From Camelus dromedarius (lineage: Eukaryota), in NCBI RefSeq assembly GCF_036321535.1, contig NC_087436.1, forward strand, positions 91,948,001-92,012,000: a stretch of DNA of 64,000 nucleotides, given 5' to 3'. Below the pieces are notes generated by a model. That model saw only the letters and a program-made list of their open reading frames with translations. It was not told the DNA's origin and made no database searches. A program made the translations under genes and the position numbers. Shown in pieces: positions 63,635-64,000 of this stretch (within the stretch, counting starts at the first letter, position 1; each line of letters opens with the position of its first letter).

Positions 63635-64000
63635 TTAGGCAAAGATTTCTAATATATAAAATTAAACACACACTCTATAAAAGAGTGAATTGTAAACTTC
63701 TGCTCTTGAAAATTAGTGTTAAGAGAATGTAAAAACAAGCCAGAGATGAGGAGAAAGTATTTCACATCATACATATGATAAAGGACTGATACAAGGAATA
63801 TTTTTTAATATTGAAACTCAATAATAAGGAAACTATCAAATTAATAATTGGGAAAAGAGTTAAACAGACACTCCACCAAAGACAATATATGGGTGGCAAA
63901 TAAGCACATGAAAAGATGCTCAACATCATTTGTCATTAGGAATGCTCAAATTAAAACCACAAAGAGATGCCACTGTACACAACTATAGTTAAAGTTCAAG
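63630..64000 (+). mobile_element. Old L1 ORF2 segment, inverted relative to 63095-63634; runs off the window
   Basis: ttgggttaggcaaagatttct...ggcaaataagcacatgaaaagatgctcaacatca...aattaaaaccaca. Confidence 0.88.

Overview
Mammalian nuclear DNA, AT-rich and repeat-dense, with no recognisable protein-coding gene, RNA gene or CRISPR array. It is most likely camelid: three tRNA-Ala-derived Vic-type SINEs and artiodactyl-type L1 3' ends are present, and I saw no Alu, BovB/Bov-A or PRE-1. The window looks intergenic or deep-intronic. Roughly half of it is recognisable transposable element: young and old L1 fragments, L2, MIR, MaLR/ERVL/ERV1 solo LTRs, and MER5/MER58/MER91/Tigger2 DNA transposons, plus microsatellites. 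The only ORFs with recognisable homology are the C-terminal part of L1 ORF2p (15598-16672); an antisense ORF1 remnant lies at about 47.7-48.4 kb. I found no convincing new biological system. The best leads are: a young L1 with a perfect 13-bp TSD, a 14-nt 3' transduction and apparent in-frame ORF2 deletions; two probable 5'-inverted L1s; an ERV LTR cluster at 22-27 kb; candidate NF-kB/ETS, AP-1 and CTCF regulatory modules; CpG-rich patches inside ancient repeats; and a few weak splice-site-bounded segments. Repeat subfamily names come from my recall of consensus sequences, not a database search, and boundaries of old repeats are approximate.
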